The notes beneath the pieces are model-generated. The model was not told where the DNA came from, did no database searches, and saw nothing but the letters and a program-made list of their open reading frames with translations. Position numbers and translations under genes: made by a program. A stretch of 24,000 nucleotides of DNA. It comes from Nanobdellota archaeon. Lineage in GTDB: Archaea; Nanobdellota; Nanobdellia; Pacearchaeales; JAHJTO01. This document shows, in pieces, positions 1 through 8,755 of the stretch. The first letter of the stretch is position 1, and every line of letters starts with the position of its first letter. The stretch covers positions 17,004-41,003 of the forward strand of contig JAHJTO010000084.1 of NCBI GenBank assembly GCA_018829845.1. Direction: 5' to 3'.

Positions 1-2
1 TT

Positions 3-290
3 GATTATAAATTCCTGAGTGGGGGAGAAAGAACCGCAGCCGCTCTTGCATACAGGCTGGCACTGAATCAAGTCATTAATGGACTCATGTCTGAGATAAA
101 AACCCGTGATCTTCTAATTTTGGATGAACCTACAGATGGATTTTCACAGGAGCAGATAGACAAGCTTAGAAATGTATTTGATGAATTAAAGATTGCTCAG
201 CTAATTCTTGTAAGCCATGAGCAGAAGATTGAAAGCTTCGTCGAGAAAGTGATAAGATTAAGGAAAGAAGGAGCTACTTCTGTGAGTTGA
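3..290 (+). CDS. rad50: Rad50/SMC-like ABC ATPase, C-terminal end (5' truncated by window edge)
   Basis: Frame 3 reads DYKFLSGGERTAAALAYRLALNQVINGLMSEIKTRDLLILDEPTDGFSQEQIDKLRNVFDELKIAQLILVSHEQ: ABC signature LSGGE, Walker B LLILDEP, and the switch histidine SH. Confidence 0.85.
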   Translation, partial: DYKFLSGGERTAAALAYRLALNQVINGLMSEIKTRDLLILDEPTDGFSQEQIDKLRNVFDELKIAQLILVSHEQKIESFVEKVIRLRKEGATSVS

Positions 291-939
291 ATATATAATT
301 TTCAAGTTTTTTCTTGTCTTTCATCGCAGGCTGCCAAATTCCATCTCGGAGTTTGAAATCAATAAGATCGGCTTGACCATAATTTCTTAGAAATTTAAGA
401 GCCTTTCCTCGGGTGGGAGGTTCATTTTCACAAACATCGCGATAGGAATTAGAAAAACCTATTGATTTGGGCATAAACAATAGAGAATTTGCTCTGGAGG
501 CCCTATCCGATGGAATTACAATGGTTCCTAAAACAGGAATTGTAATCTCTCCAGAGGCATTGATCTCCCTTCCTACAACCAAATAATCTTCAAGGGAATC
601 AATATCCTCCTCGGAAAATCCCAAATCTTCATCAATGGATTTTGAAGGATGGGTATGCCAGTTCAAATATTTATTGCAATCATTATTCCAGAATGATGGA
701 GAATCCGGATCGGCTTCTTTTCCGAAAGAATCTACCGCCTTTGGGTGTGGCAGATCAGTTCCCTGTCTTGTGGAATCACAACCCCCATATTTCACAATGA
801 AGATCATCTCGTTATTGGAATTGCTAAAGCATGTTACCAAAGCTTCCCTTCCCTCTTTGACAGTATAATTGATTATCTCATCAAAGGATTTGGAAAATCC
901 ATGGGTTTCGAGTATTTTTCTTAGAGATAGATTATCCAT
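274..939 (-). CDS. Putative JAMM/MPN-like metalloprotease-fold protein
   Basis: 221 aa. Contains NWHTHPSKSIDEDLGFSEEDIDSL, resembling the HxHP-x(n)-SxxD JAMM signature but with a longer spacer. Confidence 0.45.
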   Translation of the reverse strand: MDNLSLRKILETHGFSKSFDEIINYTVKEGREALVTCFSNSNNEMIFIVKYGGCDSTRQGTDLPHPKAVDSFGKEADPDSPSFWNNDCNKYLNWHTHPSKSIDEDLGFSEEDIDSLEDYLVVGREINASGEITIPVLGTIVIPSDRASRANSLLFMPKSIGFSNSYRDVCENEPPTRGKALKFLRNYGQADLIDFKLRDGIWQPAMKDKKKLENYIFNSQK

Positions 940-948
940 GTTAAACTC

Positions 949-1533
949 CTAGAAAAGTCCTGACTGATAAGGCTTGATTATTTGGGGTTTTATTATCTCG
1001 ATGAGGTTCTTTGGCTTTTCAATTGCTGATCTCTGTTTGAGATTTTTAAAAAATTCCCCACAATTCTTTTTTGTTTTCATTCCTGAAAATCCTGCAAGCT
1101 CAAGAAGGGTTTTTTGAATTTCTTCGATGACCCACTGTGGCTCCCTTGAATAGCTCTTCAAAAGGTTGAATTTTATTGGGCGATAGGAAAGCCCGGCCCT
1201 ATTGGGGGAATTGACGTGCTCTCCGCATCTCAGATCATCAAGATCTTTTTCAACTAAGTCTGGAATTGTTGAAATCCTTCCATTATATGGATTTTCAAAT
1301 TGTCTTGTCTTTACTTCCATTGGGAAATATTCTGGGTCCTTTCCGCATGCCTTGCATGCCGAGATTGGAATAAAATTGTTAAGTTTTTCAAAAATCTCGT
1401 TTATGTTTTTCTTGAGCTCTTCGCTTGAATATTCGAAATCCAAAAGTCCAACCAAATGCAGATAATCCTTGAGCGCTACTTGCTCTACTGTGTTCTTCGG
1501 ATATTTGCTTTTTTCATTAAAAATATATGTCAT
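949..1533 (-). CDS. Hypothetical protein with possible Zn-binding Cys cluster
   Basis: The ORF track extends to 1584, but an internal Met (MTYIFNEKSKY) at 1533 abuts the stop of the upstream gene. CKACG ... CGEHV resembles a zinc-binding site. Confidence 0.6.
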   Translation of the reverse strand: MTYIFNEKSKYPKNTVEQVALKDYLHLVGLLDFEYSSEELKKNINEIFEKLNNFIPISACKACGKDPEYFPMEVKTRQFENPYNGRISTIPDLVEKDLDDLRCGEHVNSPNRAGLSYRPIKFNLLKSYSREPQWVIEEIQKTLLELAGFSGMKTKKNCGEFFKNLKQRSAIEKPKNLIEIIKPQIIKPYQSGLF

Positions 1534-1534
1534 T

Positions 1535-1858
1535 TTAAAATCCAGATTGCTTACAGAGCGTATGATATGCCTCGGAGGCCTCACCCATTGCTTCTAGATG
1601 CTTTGTTTTGAATGCCCTTTTTAGCGAATATAATCTATCAGTTAGAATCTCAATTTTTTCGATTACCTTATGGTCTCCAATGATCATTATTCCTTCAAGA
1701 ACCCCATTGGAATTCTCTCTTTCAATTTCTCTCAGGCCGACATGTTCCTTTCCATCAGAGCCTCTGTAAATATAATCCCTTATCGTTCCATCTGGCAGTT
1801 TTGTTGGGACAATCCTTAGGAATTTTAAATAGGTTAGGGGTTTTGTGTTGGGTTTCAT
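1535..1858 (-). CDS. Hypothetical 107-aa protein, first gene of a minus-strand cluster
   Basis: Complete ORF, tightly packed with the next minus-strand ORF. Confidence 0.55.
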   Translation of the reverse strand: MKPNTKPLTYLKFLRIVPTKLPDGTIRDYIYRGSDGKEHVGLREIERENSNGVLEGIMIIGDHKVIEKIEILTDRLYSLKRAFKTKHLEAMGEASEAYHTLCKQSGF

Positions 1859-2007
1859 TTTTCAGTTTTTGACAACAAGTTTTATATTGTTATCACTTAA
1901 TAATAGTTAAAGTTATATTTAAACCTTTCTATTGAGGATATGTTCGAAAAAGGAGTGTAATTTCAGAATTTTAGAATAGTAAGTATATTCGGAGTATCGT
2001 AGGAAGA

Positions 2008-2018
2008 TTTATAAATGC
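2008..2018 (+). promoter_or_regulatory. Probable TATA box for the rRNA operon
   Basis: GATTTATAAAT, about 240 nt upstream of the 16S 5' end. Confidence 0.5.
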
Positions 2019-2251
2019 CCCAAAACTGTGAGAAATTGTAAAATGTCACTTTATGAGTGCCTTAACTTTGCTAGGGCGTGATGTTGGGGTAATATTATTT
2101 AGTGTTAACCACACAAAATTTCTTTAAAAGTTTTAGAAGATATGCTATTTTCAAATATTCGGCCTTGTATAATTAGTTGTAAAGCAAATGATGGAACGAG
2201 AGTTTCAATCATTCGGAAAGTGACTCTTTCCAAGAATAAACTAACTGAAAA

Positions 2252-3698
2252 ATTCTAGTTTATCCTGCTAGAGGCTGCGGCTATTTGGATTCCGCTTAGC
2301 CATGCAAGTTACCCTCGCAAGAGGGAGCGAACTGCTCAGTAACACGTAGTCAACTTACCCTAAGATTGAGGATACCCTCGGGAAACTGAGGCTAAACTTC
2401 AATAGATAAAGGAGGCTGGAATGCGCCTTTGTTGAAACGTAAGGTCTTAGGATGGGACTGCGGCCGATTAGGTAGTTGTTGAGGTAACTACTCAACAAGC
2501 CAATTATCGGTAAGGGCTCTTAACGGAGAGGCCCTGAGAGGGACTCTGAGACACTAGTCCCAGCTCTATGGAGTGCAGCAGGCGGGAAAATTCTCCAATG
2601 TTCGAAAGAATGAGAGAGGAATCCAAAGTGCTTCTCAATTTGAGAGGCTTTTGTCTACTTTAAAAAGGTGGGCGAATAAGGACTGGGCAAGACTGGTGCC
2701 AGCCGCCGCGGTAATCCCAGCAGTCCGAGTCGTGGCCACATTTATTAGGTCTAAAACATTCGTAGCTGGTTTTGTAAGTTCTTTGTGAAATTGTTGCACT
2801 CAATGCAACAGCGTGCAAGGGAGACTGCAAGACTAGAGACCGGGAGACGTAAGGAGTACATTCAAGGTAGCGGTAAAATGTTTTAATCTTGGATGGACTG
2901 ACAATGGCGAAGGCACCTTACGAGAACGGATCTGACAGTGAGGAATGAAGGCCCGGGGCGCAAAATGGATTAGATACCCATGTAGTCCGGGCAGTAAACA
3001 CTGATTACTAAACATTGTGCCTTCCTCGAGAGGGTGCAGTGCTGAAGGGAAGCTGAAGAGTAATCTACCTGGGGAGTATAGCCGCAAGGCCGAAACTTAA
3101 AGGAATTGGCGGGGGGACACACAAGGGGTGACGCGTGCGGTTCAATCAGATTCTACACCGTGAACCTTACCAGGAGCGACAGCAGAATGACGGTCAGTCT
3201 AAAGGGCTTACCTAACACGCTGAGCGGAATTACATAGTCGTCGTAAGCTTGTGCCGTAAGGTACCCTGTTAAATCAGGTAACAAGCGAGACCTGCATGCA
3301 TAATTGCTACTCGGAGAGGGAGCACATTATGCAGACTGCTCCAGCAATGGAGAGGAAGGTACAGTCAACGACAGGTGGCATGATCCTAATCCCCTGGGCT
3401 ACACGCGCGCGGCAATGCTACGTTCAATGAGATGCAACTCCGAAAGGAGAAGCCAATCCCCTAAAACGTAGCCTAGTTCAGATTGAGGTTTGCAACCTAG
3501 CCTCATGACGCTGGAATCCCTAGTAATCGGATGTTATCAGCGTCCGGTGAATAAGTCACAGTTCCTTGCACACACTGCCCATCAAACCATCTGAGTCAGA
3601 TTTAGGTGAAGTCTGTAAAGAATGAACCTAAGTTCGATAAAGAAGGTTAAGTTGTCACAAGGTATCCGTAGGGGAACCTGCGGATGGATCACCTCCTA
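2252..3698 (+). rRNA. rrs: 16S ribosomal RNA
   Basis: 5' ATTCTAGTTTATCCTGCTAGAGG, internal GTGCCAGCCGCCGCGGTAA and AACTTAAAGGAATTGGCGGGG, 3' GGAACCTGCGGATGGATCACCTCCT. About 1.45 kb, archaeal signature. Confidence 0.97.
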
Positions 3699-3812
3699 AA
3701 ATATATTTTTTGAATAAATTTTATGCGCGGAAATGAAATATTTCCAGCATGACAGAAACATGCAATGTTTCTAATCATGTTCAAGTTAACACAAAAAGAT
3801 TTACCCCAACTC

Positions 3813-3883
3813 GGGCCCATAGTTCAACGGTAGGATGCTTCCTTTGCAAGGAAGAGATTCGGGTTCAATTCCCGATGGGTCCA
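3813..3883 (+). tRNA. tRNA-Ala (UGC) in the 16S-23S spacer
   Basis: Acceptor GGGCCCA/TGGGTCC + A; anticodon stem CTTCC/GGAAG, loop TTTGCAA; T arm GGGTTCAATTCCC. Classic archaeal spacer tRNA. Confidence 0.96.
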
Positions 3884-4180
3884 CTATGATTAAGTGAAGT
3901 TTTATGAGCCATCCAGAAGTGATTCTGGGTGGTATGTCAAGTAGTCAAGGCATAAATTACTACAGGAGTCCTTCGGGACTTTGGAATAAGGTCATGCCAG
4001 AAATCCGAAAGGATTTTGATCAAGACGGAAACTTAAAAGTTTCCCATCACACTGAGAAATTGAAAAATTTCTGGTGTGCTTGAAATCGAAAGATTTCAAT
4101 CATGTTCAGACTACGATGAGGCGTTCAAGAATAGCAATGTTCTTGAGTACATTCCGAGCGTTTCGTTCCGAATGTACTGC

Positions 4181-4201
4181 ATAGGAAGCAGACTATATCA
4201 C
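4181..4201 (+). repeat. Left arm of 23S pre-rRNA processing stem
   Basis: ATAGGAAGCAGACTATATCAC is the perfect reverse complement of 7781-7801. Confidence 0.9.
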
Positions 4202-6097
4202 TGGAGTTTAGTGTCTTTTTTTAAACTGTTAGACGGATAGCTTGGTTTAGGCAGCGATGAAAGGCGTGGCAAGCTGCGATAAGTTCGGGGGAGCCGCATG
4301 CAGGTTTTGATCCCGAAATTCCTTAATCTGAGACAGTCTCGGCTATGGCCGGGAATTCACTGAGAATGCAAACGCGGGGAATTGAAACATCTTAGTACCC
4401 GCAGGAGAAGATAACAATTGTTATGCTGTAAGTAGCAGCGAGCGAAAGCAGCACAGGGCAATCCGAATCTCTGTATGAAAGTACAGAGAGATGTGGGGAT
4501 TGGTACTCCTAAGTTATGGAGTTGAACTCTGCTGGAAAGCAGGACCATAGAGGGTGAAAGTCCCGTAAACGAAATCAATATGGAGAGTCCAATCGAAAGA
4601 GTAGCGTCCGCTGGATAGGGGGCGTGAATACGGCTCAACTAAGAGCCAACCCTAAATATTTGCCTAAGTCCGATAGTAAACTAGTACCGCGAGGGAAAGC
4701 TGAAAAGTATCTCTAACGAGAGGTTAAAAGATCTTGAAATCTAACAGTTATAGTTAGTTACGGCTCTAAGGAGTTGTAACGTACGTTTTGAAAAACGAGC
4801 CAGGGAGTAGATTTCTAGTGGCGAGGTTAACCGTAAGGGTAGCCAAAGCGAAAGCGAGTATGAAAGTGCGTCAAGTCACTGGTATCTGACCCGAAGCCGA
4901 GTGATCTTGCCCTGATCAGGATGAAACTCTCCTAACGGAGGGTGGAGGTCCGAACAAGTGCTATGTACATGTGTTTTGATGAATTGGGGTAAGGAGTGAA
5001 AAGCCAATCTAACTCGGCGATGGCTGGTTCCTTCCGAAATATACCAAAGTATAGTCTTGTTCGTTCTACGTGTGAGGTAAAGCCACGGATTCGACATGCA
5101 GACCCTTTTGGGTACGGTGTCCTTTCCAACTCAGAATTTGCACGTACTAAGAACAGGAAATAGTGGCGGTGGGTAAGCTACTGCTACGAGACCCGAACAA
5201 GGGAAACAGAAGTTAAGGTCCTAAAATGTCTGCTAATTGTTACAAAGGGTGTCATAAATCCAAGACAGCGAGGAGGTAGGCTCAGAAGCAGCCATCCTTT
5301 AAAGAAAGCGTAAAAGCTCACTCGTCAAGATTTAAGGCCCCGAAAATAACCAGGACTAAGCAGATTACCGATACTTTTGCCACGCTCGCAAGAGCGGAGG
5401 GGTAGGAAGGCGTTCTCATCGCGCAGAAGCTTCTTCGTAAGAAGGGGTGGAGTGGTGAGGAATGATAATCCTGGCTTTAGTAGGATCTGAGTGCTGTGAG
5501 AACCAGCACTGTCGAAAGGGTAAGGGTTCCTCAGCAATATCGATTAGCTGAGGGTTAGGCGGTCCTAAGTGTATTCTTAACTGAGATACACGAAAGGGCA
5601 GTCCGTTAATATTCGGACCCTATTTGTATTCGTCGAAGATTTAAATTGCTTAGGGATATGCGGATGTCTACGGACATCTGATAATTAAGTGTGGGGAGTG
5701 TAATGCTATAATCCATATGAAGTTATCAGTCGCAAGTTCGCAGAGTCCTAGAGCCCGTGAAAAGTTAAATTGGAGAATACAGATATCCGTACCAAGAACC
5801 GGAACAGGTGCCCAAGTTGAATAGACTAAGACATGAAAAGCTAAACCAGTTAAGGGAATTCGGCATATTAGTCCCGTACCTTCGGAATAAGGGATGCCTA
5901 TCTTCGTGTAAGCAGATTTATTTGTCAAGCGTCGATAGGTCTCAGTAACAAGGATGGCTCAACTGTTTATCAAAAACGTAGCTTATTGCTAATCCGAAAG
6001 GATGTGTACAATAGGTGAAATCTGCCCAGCGATGGTGTTTCAAACTCCTTTTCAAGGGAGCTAAGACCCATCTAGCGGCGGGGGTAACTATGACCCT

Positions 6098-6833
6098 TGA
6101 GCATGTAAAGGGGGTCAATAAATTTGGCTGTTTGCTGGAAATCCTGAATAGGTAGTATTAGCCTATTTGAATTTTAGAGTACATCAAATAATTTGATGTG
6201 AAAATCTCTAAAGTGCATGGACAATCAGCAGGAAACCGAAGATTTAAAAAGTTCTTGACCTTTATATGAGGGTCATGAACAAGGATCAGTTTATACATTA
6301 CTTACTTGGTTTTGTAGATGGTGAGGGATGCTTTTGCATCTCTATAAAAAACCAAAAATCTGCAAAAGCAAGATGGGTGCTTGATCCAATATTTCATGTG
6401 ACTCAGCATATTAAGAATAAAGATATTCTGTATCATTTACAGAGTATACTTGAATGTGGGGTTGTGATAAAGAAATACGGTCAAGAAGATACTATGCAGT
6501 TTACAGTGCAGAGTAGAAAAGAACTGATAAGTAAAGTAATTCCTTTCTTCAAAAAATATAAGTTGATAGTAAAAAGAAAAAATTTTGAGATATTCTCTGA
6601 AGTTGTTGAGGGTTTGGAAGAACATCAGCACGGAGACATAAAAAGTTTCAAGAGATTGTTGAAAAAAGTTTTTACTATGAATGGAGAAGGGAAGTATAGA
6701 AGATATAAACTTGAAGACATAATGAAATCTTTGGGATCCTCAGAGACTATACGCCAAACCATTCATTGACATCGTTTAAGTCAATGAATATGGAAGAGAT
6801 AGTCCGACTCTTACAGCAATGTAAGTCAGGAAG
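6098..6833 (+). other. Group I intron in 23S rRNA, with internal LAGLIDADG ORF
   Basis: The 5' exon ends in U (TATGACCCT|TGAG) and the intron ends in G (GGAAG|CTTAAGG); exon joining restores AACTATGACCCTCTTAAGGTAGCG. P1 is TGACCCT/GGGGTCA with U.G at the splice site. Core elements: P-like TTTGCTGGAAATCC (6131-6144), Q-like CAATCAGCAGGAAACC (6222-6237), R CTCAGAGACTATACG (6739-6753), S AAGAGATAGTCCGAC (6794-6808). P7 is ACTAT/ATAGT; P8 is ATTCATTGAC/GTCAATGAAT. Confidence 0.93.
6266..6769 (+). CDS. LAGLIDADG homing endonuclease (single-motif type), intron-encoded
   Basis: 167 aa with HYLLGFVDGEGCFCISI; located within the group I intron. Confidence 0.93.
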   Translation: MRVMNKDQFIHYLLGFVDGEGCFCISIKNQKSAKARWVLDPIFHVTQHIKNKDILYHLQSILECGVVIKKYGQEDTMQFTVQSRKELISKVIPFFKKYKLIVKRKNFEIFSEVVEGLEEHQHGDIKSFKRLLKKVFTMNGEGKYRRYKLEDIMKSLGSSETIRQTIH

Positions 6834-7780
6834 CTTAAGGTAGCGTAATACCTTGTCATCTGAATGGTGACTTGCATGAATGATCTAATGAGGTTGTCAC
6901 TGTCCCTAACTGGAACTTTCCGAACAAATCCTTCTGGTGAAAAGACCAGAGACTCCTAGTGGGAAGCGGAGACCTTGTAGACCTTTACTGCAGCTTGTTA
7001 TTGTATTCTAGAGATTGTTGCATAGCGTAAGTAGGAGAGATGATTCGATCCTTTGGGTAAGATGATCAACAATGTAACACTACTTAACGATTTTTAGAGT
7101 GCTAACCCGAGAGGGGACAGTGACAGGTGGGCAGTTTAGCTGGGGCGGCATCCTACAGAAAAGATAGCTGTAGGGCCCAAAGGTAAACTCATCCAGGTCA
7201 GAAATCTGGAGAAGAGCGCAAGGGCAAAAGTTTGCCTGACTGTATCCCGTAAAAAGAAGGATGCAGACTCGAAAGAGTGGCCTAGCGAACGGTGGTGCTC
7301 CTTTAGTGGGAGCCCACTCTGACAAAAAAGGTACCTCAAGGATAACAGGGTTGTCGCGCCCGATAGTCCATATTGACGGCGCGGTTTGCTACTTCGCTGT
7401 CGGCTCTCCCTGTCCTGGTTGTGCAGAAGCAACCAAGGGTGTCGGGGTTCACGCATTAAAAGGGATCGTTAGCTGGGTTAACAACGTCGCGAGACAGTTG
7501 GTATGATATCTACTAGGAGTGTTATTGTCTGAGTGAAACAATGTTCTAGTACGAGAGGAACGAACATTGGAGGCCTCTGATCTAGCAATTCTCAAGTGGG
7601 AGGTTGCGCAGTCACGCCTTGGCGGATAAGAGCTGAAAGCATCTAAGCACGAAGCCGCTCGCAAAAAGAGACAATTAAGGCCGTCATAGAAGATGACGTT
7701 GATAGAGTTGTGGTGTAAGTCCAGCAATGGATTCAGCCAGCAACTACTAATAGCTTCACCAAAACACTTTATTCACAAAT

Positions 7781-7801
7781 GTGATATAGTCTGCTTCCTA
7801 T
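7781..7801 (+). repeat. Right arm of 23S pre-rRNA processing stem
   Basis: GTGATATAGTCTGCTTCCTAT is perfectly complementary to 4181-4201. Confidence 0.9.
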
Positions 7802-7966
7802 ACAGCGCCTCGTCTTTCTGTTATTTTTTATAAAGACGAGTTGTGTGACGACAGTCTCTTTCTAAAGAAAATCACTAAGAAACTGAAAGTTTCTGGTGTC
7901 CCAGAATTTAAAAATTCTGAAAAATTAATTATTGCATGCTGGCAAGAAGATTTCCAAATAGCAAAT

Positions 7967-7974
7967 CTTATATA
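7967..7974 (+). promoter_or_regulatory. TATA box for putative RNase P RNA gene
   Basis: CTTATATA, about 25 nt upstream of the 5' strand of the proposed P1 helix (7996). Confidence 0.6.
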
Positions 7975-7995
7975 TCCCAAAACAGTGATAATATC

Positions 7996-8507
7996 GAAGT
8001 AACGAAGCCAACTTTCGGGATTAGGGTGTTAAAAGCACAATCTTTGCAACACGCTTAGAAATCAAAGATTTCTGGCGTGCTAAAAATCTGACGGGATTTT
8101 TAAGCATATCAAAGACTAATTCTGAGGAAGGTCCGCCCACCCTGTAAGGAACCAATGGTTCCTTCACAATCAACCTCCTTTCAAAGGGGAAGGGAATTGT
8201 CAGGAAACCGCAGGTTCCCTACAGAAGTGGCAAGTCCAATTATTGGATATCCTGTGAGGGATAACGCTTGAACAGAAACGACACAGCCAATATGGGAATA
8301 TGATGTCGGGTCCAATGGAAATTGCATAGTAATATGCAATGGAAACCTGGAGATGCGACGGATATCGAGGGTAACCGAGATCCATAATGGAATTGATGAA
8401 ACGCGCGAGCGCTGCCGGTGCAACTCCAGAACGGAGGCATAGTCGGATGTTGGAATGTTCTGCTCCTTTTAGGGAAGAACAACAGAAGGCGGCCTAATCG
8501 TAACTTC
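7996..8507 (+). ncRNA. rnpB: RNase P RNA (archaeal)
   Basis: CR-I/P4 TGAGGAAGGTCCGCCCACC (8123-8141); ACAGAAACGACACAGCC; GATGAAACG...GCCGGTGCAACTCCAGAACGGAGGCATAG; CR-V ACAGAAGGCGGCCTAAT (8482-8498). Terminal helix P1 is GAAGTAACGA (7996-8005) / TCGTAACTTC (8498-8507) with one mismatch. The core call is strong; the 5' boundary is inferred. Confidence 0.82.
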
Positions 8508-8531
8508 TAAGGGGGCGCGAAAGCCCCCCTT
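8508..8531 (+). terminator. GC-rich perfect hairpin directly after RNase P RNA
   Basis: TAAGGGGGC-GCGAAA-GCCCCCTTA. Function (terminator or processing) is inferred. Confidence 0.4.
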
Positions 8532-8697
8532 ATGATCCCCTTACTGATTGCGAAAGCCCTGTGCCAATTATCATAAAGATAAGGAAAAAAGACTCTCTTG
8601 CAAAGTTTTTTAAGCACATTGGATTTGAAAATGTTGAGAAGCAAAGGAAACTTTCGCTTCTTATGATGGGGAGAAGGAAATCTCCCACACCATGGGA

Positions 8698-8732
8698 ACT
8701 TTAAATGTCAATCCAGACATATGAAGCCATAT
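8698..8732 (+). other. BHB intron A of tRNA-Phe (35 nt, between nt 4 and 5 in the acceptor stem)
   Basis: ACC-ATGG-[GA|A]-CTTT ... GAAG-CCAT-[AT|C]-GGT: outer helix ACC/GGT, 4-bp central helix ATGG/CCAT, two 3-nt bulges, inner helix CTTT/GAAG, then ATGTC/GACAT. Confidence 0.85.
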
Positions 8733-8755
8733 CGGTAGCTCAGCTGGGAGAGCAC

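Larger units (their letters stand above)
4225..7765 (+). rRNA. rrl: 23S ribosomal RNA (interrupted by a group I intron at 6098-6833)
   Basis: GGCAGCGATGAAAGGCGTGGCAAGCTGCGATAAG near the 5' end; GGTAACTATGACCC...CTTAAGGTAGCG; GACAACAAGGG-type sequences GGATAACAGGGTTGTC and CTAGTACGAGAGGAACG near the 3' end. Ends are approximate. Confidence 0.95.

Noticed and set aside
2103-3792. GTGTTAAC / GTTAACAC as a 16S processing stem
   Set aside because: Only 8 palindrome-like bases with poor extension; could be chance, so not reported as a feature.
4048-4099. Spacer hairpins as kink-turns or BHB processing motifs
   Set aside because: They lack the 3-nt bulge plus tandem G.A pairs of a k-turn and the paired 3-nt bulges of a BHB; a single bulged nucleotide with U.G is a different motif.
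2573-5928. Numerous 60-110 aa ORFs on both strands in 2573-5928 (e.g. 2833-3087, 4357-4638, 5668-5928)
   Set aside because: They lie fully inside 16S or 23S rRNA sequence and have no recognisable protein motifs; spurious.
6098-6833. BHB-type intron interpretation for the 23S insertion
   Set aside because: Group I hallmarks (U/G boundary rule, P1 wobble, P7, R/S elements) fit well, and no BHB was seen at the junctions.
7080-8482. ORFs at 7080-7727 and 8181-8482
   Set aside because: They overlap the 23S 3' domain and the RNase P RNA core; RNA identity explains the sequence.
8532-8640. Possible C/D box sRNA (TTATGATCCCC ... TTACTGATTG)
   Set aside because: C and D boxes do not match consensus with proper spacing and no C'/D' pair was found.
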